DNA from: Eledone cirrhosa
Lineage: Eukaryota
Direction of reading: 5' to 3'
NCBI GenBank assembly: GCA_964016885.1
Contig: OZ024749.1
Span: forward strand, 10,788,001 to 10,852,000
DNA length: 64,000 bases
The notes under the pieces are model-generated. The model was not told the DNA's origin and did no database searches. It was given only the letters and a program-made list of their open reading frames with translations. Below, piece by piece: positions 30,001-42,334 of this stretch. The stretch's first letter is position 1. Each line of letters starts with the position of its first letter. A program made the translations under genes and the position numbers.

Positions 30001-33000
30001 TGCTGTAAAGTGATTGGTGTTAGGAAGGGTATCAACTATAGAAACTAAGCTCTCAGTACATGCTGTAAAGTGATTGGTGTTAGGAAGTGTATCAACTATA
30101 GAAACTAAGCTCTCAGTACATGCTGTAAAGTGATTGGTGTTAGGAAGGGTATCAACGATAGAAACTAAGCTCTCAGTACATGCTGTAAAGTGATTGGTGT
30201 TAGGAAGGGTATCAACTATAGAAACTAAGCTCTCAGTACATGCTGTAAAGTAATTGGTGTTAGGAAGGGTATCAACTATAGCAACTAAGCTCTCAGTACA
30301 TGCTGTAAATTAATTGGTGTTAGGAAGGGTATCAACTATAGAAACTAAGCTCTCAGTACATGCTGTAAAGTAATTGGTGTTAGGAAGGGTATCAACTATA
30401 GAAGCTAAGCTCTCAGTACATGCTGTAAAGTAATTGGTGTTAGGAAGGGTATCAACTATAGACACTAAACTCTCAGTACATGCTGTAAAGTAATTGGTGT
30501 TAGGAAGGGTATCAACTATAGAAACTAAGCTCTCAGTACATGCTGTAAAGTAATTGGTGTTAGGAAGGGTATCAACTATAGAAACTCAGCTCTCAGTACC
30601 TGCTGTAAAGTGATTGGTGTTAGGAAGGGTATCAACTATAGAAACTAACCTCTCAGTACATGCTGTAAAGTGATTGGTGTTAGGAAGCGTATCAACTATA
30701 GAAACTAAGCTCTCAGTACATGCTGTAAAGTGATTGGTGTTAGGAAGGGTATCAACTATAGAAACTAAGCTCTCAGTACATGCTGTAAAGTGATTGGTGT
30801 TAGGAAGGGTATCAACTATAGAAACTAAGCTCTCAGTACCTGCTGTAATGTGATTGGTGTTAGGAAGGGTATCAACTATAGAAACTAAGCTCTCAGTACC
30901 TGCTGTAAAGTAATTGGTGTTAGGAAGAGTATCAACTATAGAAACTAAGCTCTCAGTACATGCTGTAAAGTGATTGGTGTTAGGAAGGGTATCAACTATA
31001 GAAACTAAGCTCTCAGTACCTGCTGTAAAGTTATTGGTGTTAGGAAGGGTATCAACTATAGAAACTAAGCTCTCAGTACATGCTGTAAAGTGATTGGTGC
31101 TAGGAAGGGTATCAACTATAGAAACTAAGCTCTCGGTACATGCTGTGAAGTAATTGGTGTTAGGAAGGGCATCAACTATAGCAACTAAGCTCTCAGTACA
31201 TGCTGTAAAGTAATTGGTGTTAGGAAGGGTATCAACTATAGAAACTCAGCTCTCAGTACCTGCTGTAAAGTGATTGGTGTTAGGAAGGGTATCAACTATA
31301 GAAACTAAGCTCTCAGTACATGCTGTAAAGTGATTGGTGTTAGGAAGGGTATCAACTATAGAAACTAAGCTCTCAGTACATGCTGTAAAGTGATTGGTGT
31401 TAGGAAGGGTATCAACTATAGAAACTAAGCTCTCAGTACATGCTGTAAAGTGATTGGTGTTAGGAAGCGTATCAACTATAGAAACTAAGCTCTCAGTACA
31501 TGCTGTAAAGTGATTGGTGTTAGGAAGGGTATCAACTATAGAAACTAAGCTCTCAGTACATGCTGTAAAGTGATTGGTGTTAGGAAGGGTATCAACTATA
31601 GAAACTAAGCTCTCAGTACATGCTGTAAAGTGATTGGTGTTAGGAAGGGTATCAACTATAGAAACTAAGCTCTCAGTACCTGCTGTAAAGTAATTGGTGT
31701 TAGGAAGGGTATCAACTATAGAAACTAAGCTCTCAGTACATGCCATTAAGTGATTGGTGTTAGGAAGGGTATCAACTATAGAAACTAAGCTCTCAGTACC
31801 TGCTGTAAAGTGATTGGTGTTAGGAAGGGTATCAACTATAGAAACTAAGCTCTCAGTACCTGCTGTAAAGTAATTGGTGTTAGGAAGAGTATCAACTATA
31901 GAAACTAAGCTCTCAGTACATGCTGTGTAGTAATTGGTGTTAGGAAGGGTATCAACTATAGAAACTCAGCTCTCAGTACCTGCTGTAAAGTGATTGGTGT
32001 TAGGAAGGGTACCAACTATAGAAACTAAGCTCTCAGTACATGCTGTAAAGCGATTGGTGTTAGGAAGGGTATCAACTATAGAAACTAAGCTCTCAGTACA
32101 TGCTGTAAAGTAATTGGTGTTAGGAAGGGTATCAACTATAGCAACTAAGCTCTCAGTACATGCTGTAAAGTAATTGGTGTTAGGAAGGGTATCACCTATA
32201 GAAACTAAGCTCTCAGTACATGCTGTAAAGTAATTGGTGTTAGGAAGGGTATCAACTATAGAAACTAAGCTCTCAGTACGTGCTGTAAAGTAATTGGTGT
32301 TAGGAAGGGTATCAACTATAGAAACTAAGCTCTCAGTACATGCTGTAAAGTGATTGGTGTTAGGAAGGGTATCAACTATAGAAACTAAGCTCTCAGTACA
32401 TGCCATTAAGTGATTGGTGTTAGGAAGGGTATCAACTATAGAAACTAGCCTCTCAGTACATGCTGTAAAGTGATTGGTGTTAGGAAGGGTATCAACTATA
32501 GAAACTAAGCTCTCAGTACATGCTGTAAAGTGATTGGTGTTAGGAAGTGTATCAACTATAGAAACTAAGCTCTCAGTACATGCTGTAAAGTGATTGGTGT
32601 TAGGAAGGGTATCAACGATAGAAACTAAGCTCTCAGTACATGCTGTAAAGTGATTGGTGTTAGGAAGGGTATCAACTATAGAAACTAAGCTCTCAGTACA
32701 TGCTGTAAAGTAATTGGTGTTAGGAAGGGTATCAACTATAGCAACTAAGCTCTCAGTACATGCTGTAAATTAATTGGTGTTAGGAAGGGTATCAACTATA
32801 GAAACTAAGCTCTCAGTACATGCTGTAAAGTAATTGGTGTTAGGAAGGGTATCAACTATAGAAGCTAAGCTCTCAGTACATGCTGTAAAGTAATTGGTGT
32901 TAGGAAGGGTATCAACTATAGACACTAAACTCTCAGTACATGCTGTAAAGTAATTGGTGTTAGGAAGGGTATCAACTATAGAAACTAAGCTCTCAGTACA

Positions 33001-36000
33001 TGCTGTAAAGTAATTGGTGTTAGGAAGGGTATCAACTATAGAAACTCAGCTCTCAGTACCTGCTGTAAAGTGATTGGTGTTAGGAAGGGTATCAACTATA
33101 GAAACTAACCTCTCATTACATGCTGTAAAGTGATTGGTGTTAGGAAGCGTATCAACTATAGAAACTAAGCTCTCAGTACATGCTGTAAAGTGATTGGTGT
33201 TAGGAAGGGTATCAACTATAGAAACTAAGCTCTCAGTACATGCTGTAAAGTGATTGGTGTTAGGAAGGGTATCAACTATAGAAACTAAGCTCTCAGTACC
33301 TGCTGTAATGTGATTGGTGTTAGGAAGGGTATCAACTATAGAAACTAAGCTCTCAGTACCTGCTGTAAAGTAATTGGTGTTAGGAAGAGTATCAACTATA
33401 GAAACTAAGCTCTCAGTACATGCTGTAAAGTGATTGGTGTTAGGAAGGGTATCAACTATAGAAACTAAGCTCTCAGTACCTGCTGTAAAGTTATTGGTGT
33501 TAGGAAGGGTATCAACTATAGAAACTAAGCTCTCAGTACATGCTGTAAAGTGATTGGTGCTAGGAAGGGTATCAACTATAGAAACTAAGCTCTCGGTACA
33601 TGCTGTGAAGTAATTGGTGTTAGGAAGGGCATCAACTATAGCAACTAAGCTCTCAGTACATGCTGTAAAGTAATTGGTGTTAGGAAGGGTATCAACTATA
33701 GAAACTCAGCTCTCAGTACCTGCTGTAAAGTGATTGGTGTTAGGAAGGGTATCAACTATAGAAACTAAGCTCTCAGTACATGCTGTAAAGTGATTGGTGT
33801 TAGGAAGGGTATCAACTATAGAAACTAAGCTCTCAGTACATGCTGTAAAGTGATTGGTGTTAGGAAGGGTATCAACTATAGAAACTAAGCTCTCAGTACA
33901 TGCTGTAAAGTGATTGGTGTTAGGAAGCGTATCAACTATAGAAACTAAGCTCTCAGTACATGCTGTAAAGTGATTGGTGTTAGGAAGGGTATCAACTATA
34001 GAAACTAAGCTCTCAGTACATGCTGTAAAGTGATTGGTGTTAGGAAGGGTATCAACTATAGAAACTAAGCTCTCAGTACATGCTGTAAAGTGATTGGTGT
34101 TAGGAAGGGTATCAACTATAGAAACTAAGCTCTCAGTACCTGCTGTAAAGTAATTGGTGTTAGGAAGGGTATCAACTATAGAAACTAAGCTCTCAGTACA
34201 TGCCATTAAGTGATTGGTGTTAGGAAGGGTATCAACTATAGAAACTAAGCTCTCAGTACCTGCTGTAAAGTGATTGGTGTTAGGAAGGGTATCAACTATA
34301 GAAACTAAGCTCTCAGTACCTGCTGTAAAGTAATTGGTGTTAGGAAGAGTATCAACTATAGAAACTAAGCTCTCAGTACATGCTGTGTAGTAATTGGTGT
34401 TAGGAAGGGTATCAACTATAGAAACTCAGCTCTCAGTACCTGCTGTAAAGTGATTGGTGTTAGGAAGGGTACCAACTATAGAAACTAAGCTCTCAGTACA
34501 TGCTGTAAAGCGATTGGTGTTAGGAAGGGTATCAACTATAGAAACTAAGCTCTCAGTACATGCTGTAAAGTAATTGGTGTTAGGAAGGGTATCAACTATA
34601 GCAACTAAGCTCTCAGTACATGCTGTAAAGTAATTGGTGTTAGGAAGGGTATCACCTATAGAAACTAAGCTCTCAGTACATGCTGTAAAGTAATTGGTGT
34701 TAGGAAGGGTATCAACTATAGAAACTAAGCTCTCAGTACGTGCTGTAAAGTAATTGGTGTTAGGAAGGGTATCAACTATAGAAACTAAGCTCTCAGTACA
34801 TGCTGTAAAGTAATTGGTGTTAGGAAGGGTATCAACTATAGAAACTAAGCTCTCAGTACATGGTGTAAAGTAATTGGTGTTAGGAAGGGTATCTACTATA
34901 GAAACTAAGCTCTCAGTACATGCCATTAAGTGATTGGTGTTAGGAAGGGTATCAACTATAGAAACTAAGCTCTCAGTACATGCTGTAAAGTGATTGGTGT
35001 TAGGAAGGGTATCAACTATAGAAACTAAGCTCTCGGTACATGCTGTGAAGTAATTGGTGTTAGGAAGGGCATCAACTATAGCAACTAAGCTCTCAGTACA
35101 TGCCATTAAGTGATTGGTGTTAGGAAGGGTATTAACTATAGAAACTAAGCTCTCAGTACATGCTGTAAAGTGATTGGTGTTAGGAAGGGTATCAACTATA
35201 GAATCTAAGCTCTCAGTACATGCCATTAAGTGATTGGTGTTAGGAAGGGTATCAACTATAGAAACTAAGCTCTCAGTACCTGCTGTAATGTGATTGGTGT
35301 TAGGAAGGGTATCAACTATAGAAACTAAGCTCTCAGTACCTGCTGTAAAGTAATTGGTGTTAGGAAGAGTATCAACTATAGAAACTAAGCTCTCAGTACA
35401 TGCTGTAAAGTGATTGGTGTTAGGAAGGGTATCAACTATAGAAACTAAGCTCTCAGTACCTGCTGTAAAGTTATTGGTGTTAGGAAGGGTATCAACTATA
35501 GAAACTAAGCTCTCAGTACATGCTGTAAAGTGATTGGTGCTAGGAAGGGTATCAACTATAGAAACTAAGCTCTCGGTACATGCTGTGAAGTAATTGGTGT
35601 TAGGAAGGGCATCAACTATAGCAACTAAGCTCTCAGTACATGCTGTAAAGTAATTGGTGTTAGGAAGGGTATCAACTATAGAAACTCAGCTCTCAGTACC
35701 TGCTGTAAAGTGATTGGTGTTAGGAAGGGTATCAACTATAGAAACTAAGCTCTCAGTACATGCTGTAAAGTGATTGGTGTTAGGAAGGGTATCAACTATA
35801 GAAACTAAGCTCTCAGTACATGCTGTAAAGTGATTGGTGTTAGGAAGGGTATCAACTATAGAAACTAAGCTCTCAGTACATGCTGTAAAGTGATTGGTGT
35901 TAGGAAGCGTATCAACTATAGAAACTAAGCTCTCAGTACATGCTGTAAAGTGATTGGTGTTAGGAAGGGTATCAACTATAGAAACTAAGCTCTCAGTACA

Positions 36001-38930
36001 TGCTGTAAAGTGATTGGTGTTAGGAAGGGTATCAACTATAGAAACTAAGCTCTCAGTACATGCTGTAAAGTGATTGGTGTTAGGAAGGGTATCAACTATA
36101 GAAACTAAGCTCTCAGTACCTGCTGTAAAGTAATTGGTGTTAGGAAGGGTATCAACTATAGAAACTACGCTCTCAGTACATGCCATTAAGTGATTGGTGT
36201 TAGGAAGGGTATCAACTATAGAAACTAAGCTCTCAGTACCTGCTGTAAAGTGATTGGTGTTAGGAAGGGTATCAACTATAGAAACTAAGCTCTCAGTACC
36301 TGCTGTAAAGTAATTGGTGTTAGGAAGAGTATCAACTATAGAAACTAAGCTCTCAGTACATGCTGTGTAGTAATTGGTGTTAGGAAGGGTATCAACTATA
36401 GAAACTCAGCTCTCAGTACCTGCTGTAAAGTGATTGGTGTTAGGAAGGGTACCAACTATAGAAACTAAGCTCTCAGTACATGCTGTAAAGCGATTGGTGT
36501 TAGGAAGGGTATCAACTATAGAAACTAAGCTCTCAGTACATGCTGTAAAGTAATTGGTGTTAGGAAGGGTATCAACTATAGCAACTAAGCTCTCAGTACA
36601 TGCTGTAAAGTAATTGGTGTTAGGAAGGGTATCACCTATAGAAACTAAGCTCTCAGTACATGCTGTAAAGTAATTGGTGTTAGGAAGGGTATCAACTATA
36701 GAAACTAAGCTCTCAGTACCTGCTGTAAAGTAATTGGTGTTAGGAAGGGTATCAACTATAGAAACTAAGCTCTCAGTACATGCTGTAAAGTAATTGGTGT
36801 TAGGAAGGGTATCAACTATAGAAACTAAGCTCTCAGTACATGCTGTAAAGTAATTGGTGTTAGGAAGGGTATCAACTATAGAAACTAAGCTCTCAGTACA
36901 TGGTGTAAAGTAATTGGTGTTAGGAAGGGTATCTACTATAGAAACTAAGCTCTCAGTACATGCCATTAAGTGATTGGTGTTAGGAAGGGTATCAACTATA
37001 GAAACTAAGCTCTCAGTACATGCTGTAAAGTGATTGGTGTTAGGAAGGGTATCAACTATAGAAACTAAGCTCTCAGTACATGCCATTAAGTGATTAGTGT
37101 TAGGAAGGGTATCAACTATAGAAACTAAGTTCTCAGTACATGCTGTAAAGTGATTGGTGTTAGGAAGGGTATTAACTATAGAAACTAAGCTCTCAGTACA
37201 TGCTGTAAAGTGATTGGTGTTAGGAAGGGTATCAACTATAGAATCTAAGCTCTCAGTACATGCCATTAAGTGATTGGTGTTAGGAAGGGTATCAACTATA
37301 GAAACTAAGCTCTCAGTACATGCTGTAAAGTAATTGGTGTTAGGAAGGGTATCAACTATAGAAACTAAGCTCTCAGTACATGCCATTAAGTGATTGGTGT
37401 TAGGAAGGGTATCAACTATAGAAACTAAGCTCTCAGTACCTGCTGTAAAGTAATTGGTGTTAGGAAGGGTATCAACTATAGAAACTAAGCTCTCAGTACA
37501 TGCCATTAAGTGATTGGTGTTAGGAAGGGTATCAACTATAGAAACTAAGCTCTCAGTACCTGCTGTAAAGTGATTGGTGTTAGGAAGGGTATCAACTATA
37601 GAAACTAAGCTCTCAGTACCTGCTGTAAAGTAATTGGTGTTAGGAAGAGTATCAACTATAGAAACTAAGCTCTCAGTACATGCTGTGTAGTAATTGGTGT
37701 TAGGAAGGGTATCAACTATAGAAACTCAGCTCTCAGTACCTGCTGTAAAGTGATTGGTGTTAGGAAGGGTACCAACTATAGAAACTAAGCTCTCAGTACA
37801 TGCTGTAAAGCGATTGGTGTTAGGAAGGGTATCAACTATAGAAACTAAGCTCTCAGTACATGCTGTAAAGTAATTGGTGTTAGGAAGGGTATCAACTATA
37901 GCAACTAAGCTCTCAGTACATGCTGTAAAGTAATTGGTGTTAGGAAGGGTATCAACTATAGAAACTAAGCTCTCAGTACATGCTGTAAAGTAATTGGTGT
38001 TAGGAAGGGTATCAACTATAGAAACTAAGCTCTCAGTACGTGCTGTAAAGTAATTGGTGTTAGGAAGGGTATCAACTATAGAAACTAAGCTCTCAGTACA
38101 TGCTGTAAAGTAATTGGTGTTAGGAAGGGTATCAACTATAGAAACTAAGCTCTCAGTACATGGTGTAAAGTAATTGGTGTTAGGAAGGGTATCTACTATA
38201 GAAACTAAGCTCTCAGTACATGCCATTAAGTGATTGGTGTTAGGAAGGGTATCAACTATAGAAACTAAGCTCTCAGTACATGCTGTAAAGTGATTGGTGT
38301 TAGGAAGGGTATCAACTATAGAAACTAAGCTCTCAGTACATGCCATTAAGTGATTAGTGTTAGGAAGGGTATCAACTATAGAAACTAAGTTCTCAGTACA
38401 TGCTGTAAAGTGATTGGTGTTAGGAAGGGTATTAACTATAGAAACTAAGCTCTCAGTACATGCTGTAAAGTGATTGGTGTTAGGAAGGGTATCAACTATA
38501 GAATCTAAGCTCTCAGTACATGCCATTAAGTGATTGGTGTTAGGAAGGGTATCAACTATAGAAACTAAGCTCTCAGTACATGCTGTAAAGTGATTGGTGT
38601 TAGGAAGGGTATCAACTATAGAAACTAAGCTCTCAGTACATGCTGTAAAGTGATTGGTGTTAGGAAGGGTATCTACTATAGAAACTAAGCTCTCAGTACA
38701 TGCCATTAAGTGATTGGTGTTAGGAAGGGTATCAACTATAGAAACTAAGCTCTCAGTACATGCTGTAAAGTGATTGGTGTTAGGAAGGGTATCAACTATA
38801 GAAACTAAGCTCTCAGTACATGCTGTAAAGTGATGTGTGTTAGGAAGGGTATCAACTATAGAAACTAAGCTCTCAGTACATGTTGTAAAGTGTTTGGTGT
38901 TAAGAAGTGTATTAACTATAGAAACTAAGC
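1..38930. repeat. 60-bp tandem satellite, ~650 units in window, continuing past the left edge; consensus ATGCTGTAAAGT(A/G)ATTGGTGTTAGGAAGGGTATCAACTATAGAAACTAAGCTCTCAGTAC
   Basis: The 60-nt lines of the sequence are in register. Only three 1-bp indels shift the phase (+1 near 6131, -1 near 10204, -1 near 11583). Units differ from consensus by 0-4 substitutions. The array ends at ...GAAACTAAGC (38930). Confidence 0.99.
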
Positions 38931-39062
38931 CAAAACCGAACATATGATCTGGGCATGTTCACATGACTGGTCAAACTTCAGCACATGACAATCAACTATT
39001 TTCTATGGAAGCCTAGAAAATCAATGTTAAATGATGATGATGATGATGATGATGATAATGAT
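38931..39062 (+). mobile_element. Diverged 3' terminus of the RTE/SINE tail that hosts the satellite, ending in an (ATG)n tail
   Basis: TATGATCTGGGCATGTTCACATGACTGGTCA aligns with TATGAGCAAGGCATGGTCAGCCGACCGGACA (reverse complement of ~40129-40159). It ends GTTAAATGATGATGATG, like the other copies in the window. Confidence 0.75.
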
Positions 39063-39680
39063 TGTGAACAGTGGCATAAAAAATGTACGCTTAGTAATTT
39101 TTTTAGTATGGCCAGAACAAGAAGTACAAAAGACTAAGTTTGACAGCTTACTCAGTTGAAATTACTTTGTGGAGGATGGAAAGCATACCATAACGGAGAG
39201 AAGGGATCACATATTGTAGAGGTAGCATTGAGCTCGAAATAGGTACCCCTGCTCTCTCAGCAAGGCTCTCCTTTCTCAAGGTGAATTAATAGGAGTTGGC
39301 TGATTCTCCAACAAATTTCATCAATATATTCCTCATATTTGCTCATGTAAATTTTTTATGTGACATTGTCTGACTTACATTGTTTCTGTTCACAGACATG
39401 AATCTATTTTTAAATTGGATTTTTATTTTTATTTGATAGAATAAACCAGATTTAATTTTAGAAAAATATTTCCTGAGAATTACATATAGATTGTGGAGGT
39501 GTCCGTCTATATCAGGTAAACAAATATAATTCATTGAAATGCTGCTGAGAAAATTTAGAAAATAATAACAATAATGGTAAGTTTTATTGAAATATATGAA
39601 AAGAGAAGAGAGACTACAATACTGGAATGTGTATGTATATATATGTATATATGGGTATTTGTCTATATGTATGTGTGTAT

Positions 39681-39895
39681 CATCATTGATTAACGTCTAT
39701 CTTCCATGCTAGCATGGATTAGACGGGTTTGTCCCATTTAGAGGCAAGTTGGGCCAGGTGACCATGTTTCGCTCATATAGGACTGTTTCTGGTTGTTTTC
39801 TATGGCTAGATGCCCTTCCTAACGCCAACCACATTTACAGTGTGTGCTGGGTGTTTTTTGTTATGTCTTTTACACGACCACTTTACAGTGTGGGC
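39681..39895 (-). mobile_element. 5'-truncated RTE/SINE 3' tail fragment
   Basis: Reverse complement reads CTGTAAATGTGGTTGGCGTTAGGAAGGGCATC...CCATGCTAGCATGGAAGATAGACGTTAATCAATGATG, homologous to the copies at 40043-40495 and 45941-46285. Confidence 0.75.
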
Positions 39896-39919
39896 TGAAT
39901 GTTGTGTGGTACCAACATA

Positions 39920-39950
<31 letters not shown>

Positions 39951-40042
39951 CATACACACATATATATATATCAGGAAAATTATATATATATATATAAATA
40001 TATATTTGTGTGCATATACATATATTATACATATACCATATA

Positions 40043-40493
40043 TCATCATCAACCTCATCATCATCACCGTTTTACGTCTATTCTTCCTCACTAGCATGGG
40101 TTAGACGGGTTGTCCTGTTGTGCGCAGTGTCCGGTCGGCTGACCATGCCTTGCTCATACGGGAACTGATTCTCGCTTGATTTCTACAGCTGGATGCCCTT
40201 CCTAACACCAACCTCATTTAGAGTGAGTTGTGGGTGCTTTTTTGCCGTGGTGCCTACACATCCACTTTACAGTGAGTGCTGGGTGCTTTCTTTTCTGTGG
40301 CACCTCCACGTCCACTTTGCAGAGGAATGATAGGGACCCCAGTCCCTATCATCTCATTTCTACAGCTGAGTAAACTGGAGCAACATGAAATAAAGTGTCT
40401 TGCTCAAGGAAACAACACATCACCTGGTCTGAGAATTGAACTCACAACCTTTCGATTGCAAGCCCAATGCTCTAACCACTAAGCCATGTGCCC

Positions 40494-40495
<2 letters not shown>
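40043..40495 (-). mobile_element. Full-length tRNA-derived SINE (family A)
   Basis: Minus strand begins GGGGGCACATGGCTTAGTGG (Pol III A box), has GAGTTCAATTC (B box), the core TTCCTTGAGCAAGACACTTTATTTCA, an RTE-like tail and a (GAT)n end. Highly similar to 45941-46285 and 52078-52402. Confidence 0.9.

Positions 40496-40570
<75 letters not shown>
40496..40570. repeat. (TA)n microsatellite
   Basis: Perfect TA run; one of many in 39.9-54 kb. Confidence 0.95.
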
Positions 40571-40576
<6 letters not shown>

Positions 40577-40612
40577 TATACATATAAATATATATATACA
40601 TATATATACATA

Positions 40613-41235
40613 TCATCATCATCATCATCACCGTTTTACGTCCGTTCTTCCACGCTAGCATGGGTTAGACGGGTTGTCCTGTTGTGGGCAGTGTCTGGTC
40701 GGCTGACCATGCCTTGCTCATACAGGAACTGATCTGGCTTGATTTCTACAGCTGGATGCCCTTCCTAACACCAACCTCATTTACAGTGAGTGCTGGGTGC
40801 TTTTTCGTGGCGCCTACACGTCCACTTTACAGTGTGGGCTGGGTGCTTTTTTGCCGTGGCGCCTCCACGACCACCTTGCGGTGGGGGGGGGGGGGCATAT
40901 TGTTTATATGCTTCAGCATGTACCCATGGGAGGTCGGGTACCCTGTATTACTGCGTGACGCCAGAAGTCACGGTCGTGTGTCATTGACTTTGAGAGGTGT
41001 AGTTGGGTAAGGTCGGCTTTTATCACCTCATCCCAAGTCATCTTGGGTCTCCCCACTCCGCGGTTTCCATCAACTTCTAGTGCTCTGCACCTTTTTATGC
41101 AGCTGTCATCCTTCATACGCATCACATGTCCATACCAGCGTAACCGCCTCTCCTGCACGCAGCATTTGATTCCTCTTATGCTCAGTCTCTCTCTCAATTC
41201 ATTTATGCTTTGTCGTTCACGTATATTACTGTTAC

Positions 41236-41236
<1 letters not shown>
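40613..41236 (-). mobile_element. 5'-truncated RTE-clade LINE: ORF C-terminus plus 3' UTR and (GAT)n tail
   Basis: Translation RRLRWYGHVMRM...GRPKMTWDEVIKADL is the typical RTE C-terminal signature. It is followed on the same strand by a UTR with 46-bp subrepeats and the tail also used by SINE family A. Confidence 0.85.
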
Positions 41237-41266
<30 letters not shown>

Positions 41267-41274
41267 TGATGATG

Positions 41275-41338
<64 letters not shown>

Positions 41339-41570
41339 GAATAATCGAGTATCGAAAAATCGGCGCACGAGTTCACGATAAACAAAATTCGAGATGAGCG
41401 GCAGAGGGCTCCATAGTTCAAATAAATCAGAGCTATAACTATCGTTAAAATACCGTCACACGTAGAATATGTCTACAATCAACCAAATAACCGAAAATTT
41501 TCGATATGGAAGATTCGGGACACTCAGATAAATTATCAATAAATCAATAAATGAAATGAATGTAATATAT

Positions 41571-42184
41571 ATATAAAAGACGTAAAATAAGAAAATTTAA
41601 AAAAAAAAAAAAAAAAATTTTTTTTAAATTAACTTACTTAAATTTTCACTCCAACTAATTAGTTTCTGCAATGGGATAAAGACAGTTACGTAATGAACTG
41701 TTGAGAATTTCATTGCGTCATCAGGGAGATCTATTCTCAGCCAAGTCTCCAGGCAATGCGCGGACACTGGGGACTCATATAAAAATAATAATAATTCGGT
41801 AAATGGAACAGCTATCGAGGACTGGATTCCAGGTACTGAAAATTCTCACTGCCACTGGTCATATGGCCGATTCTAAAGAATCAATCACGTGACACAGAGG
41901 CTAGTCAGTAGGAATGGGATGGTAAGATGACAGACGCCTACTAACACCCCAAAAAAATTTAGAAGTGGTTTTGGCAGGTTTGCTCGACAAATCAGTGATT
42001 TGGAGATAAATATAGATAATTTAATATATCTACTAACATAAGCGCACAGATGTATGCTAATGCCAGCAAATACACAGGTTATGTCATAGTACCTAGGTGG
42101 TTCAATGCAGGAGGATGCAGAACAATAATATAAAAGACGTAAAATAAGAAAATTAAAAAAAAAAAAAAAATGTTTTTAAATTAA

Positions 42185-42188
<4 letters not shown>
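41571..42188 (-). mobile_element. Direct-repeat-bounded 557-bp unit carrying a hammerhead ribozyme (retrozyme or Penelope pLTR-like)
   Basis: ATATAAAAGACGTAAAATAAGAAAATT-A(n)-T(n)AAATTAACTTA occurs at 41571-41636 and 42128-42188. No ORF. Flanked by (TA)n. Confidence 0.6.
41649..41728 (-). ncRNA. Type I hammerhead ribozyme (GUU site, palindromic stem III)
   Basis: Minus strand: CTCC-CTGATGA-C-GCAATG...CATTGC-A-GAAA-CTAATTAG-TT-GGAG. Stem I CUCC/GGAG, stem II GCAAUG/CAUUGC, self-complementary ACUAAUUAGU stem III. There is one C-A mismatch at the base of stem II. Confidence 0.7.
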
Positions 42189-42224
<36 letters not shown>

Positions 42225-42334
42225 TACACATATCATACATGTATATCTATATGTATTGTATGTTTGTATGAGTGTTAGGTACATGCTGGCTATGATATAC
42301 ACATTGTTATGTACTCCACTAATACAATTCCATT

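Noticed and set aside
1-38930. CRISPR array or telomeric repeat (TTAGG in every unit)
   Set aside because: There are no unique spacers and no cas genes, and the context is eukaryotic. The single TTAGG per unit is inherited from the SINE/RTE tail.
767-38943. Long minus-strand ORFs of 20-aa repeats (SLVSIVDTLPNTNYFTACTE) as a giant repetitive protein or mucin
   Set aside because: The frame is open only because 60 is divisible by 3 and the consensus lacks a stop in that frame. TGA and TAA variants and frameshifts have been amplified along with other variants, the common variants change amino acids, and the monomer derives from a non-coding retroelement tail.
39120-39540. Possible exon or ORF in the unique DNA right of the satellite
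   Set aside because: In-frame stops, no recognisable homology and no consistent splice-site pair.
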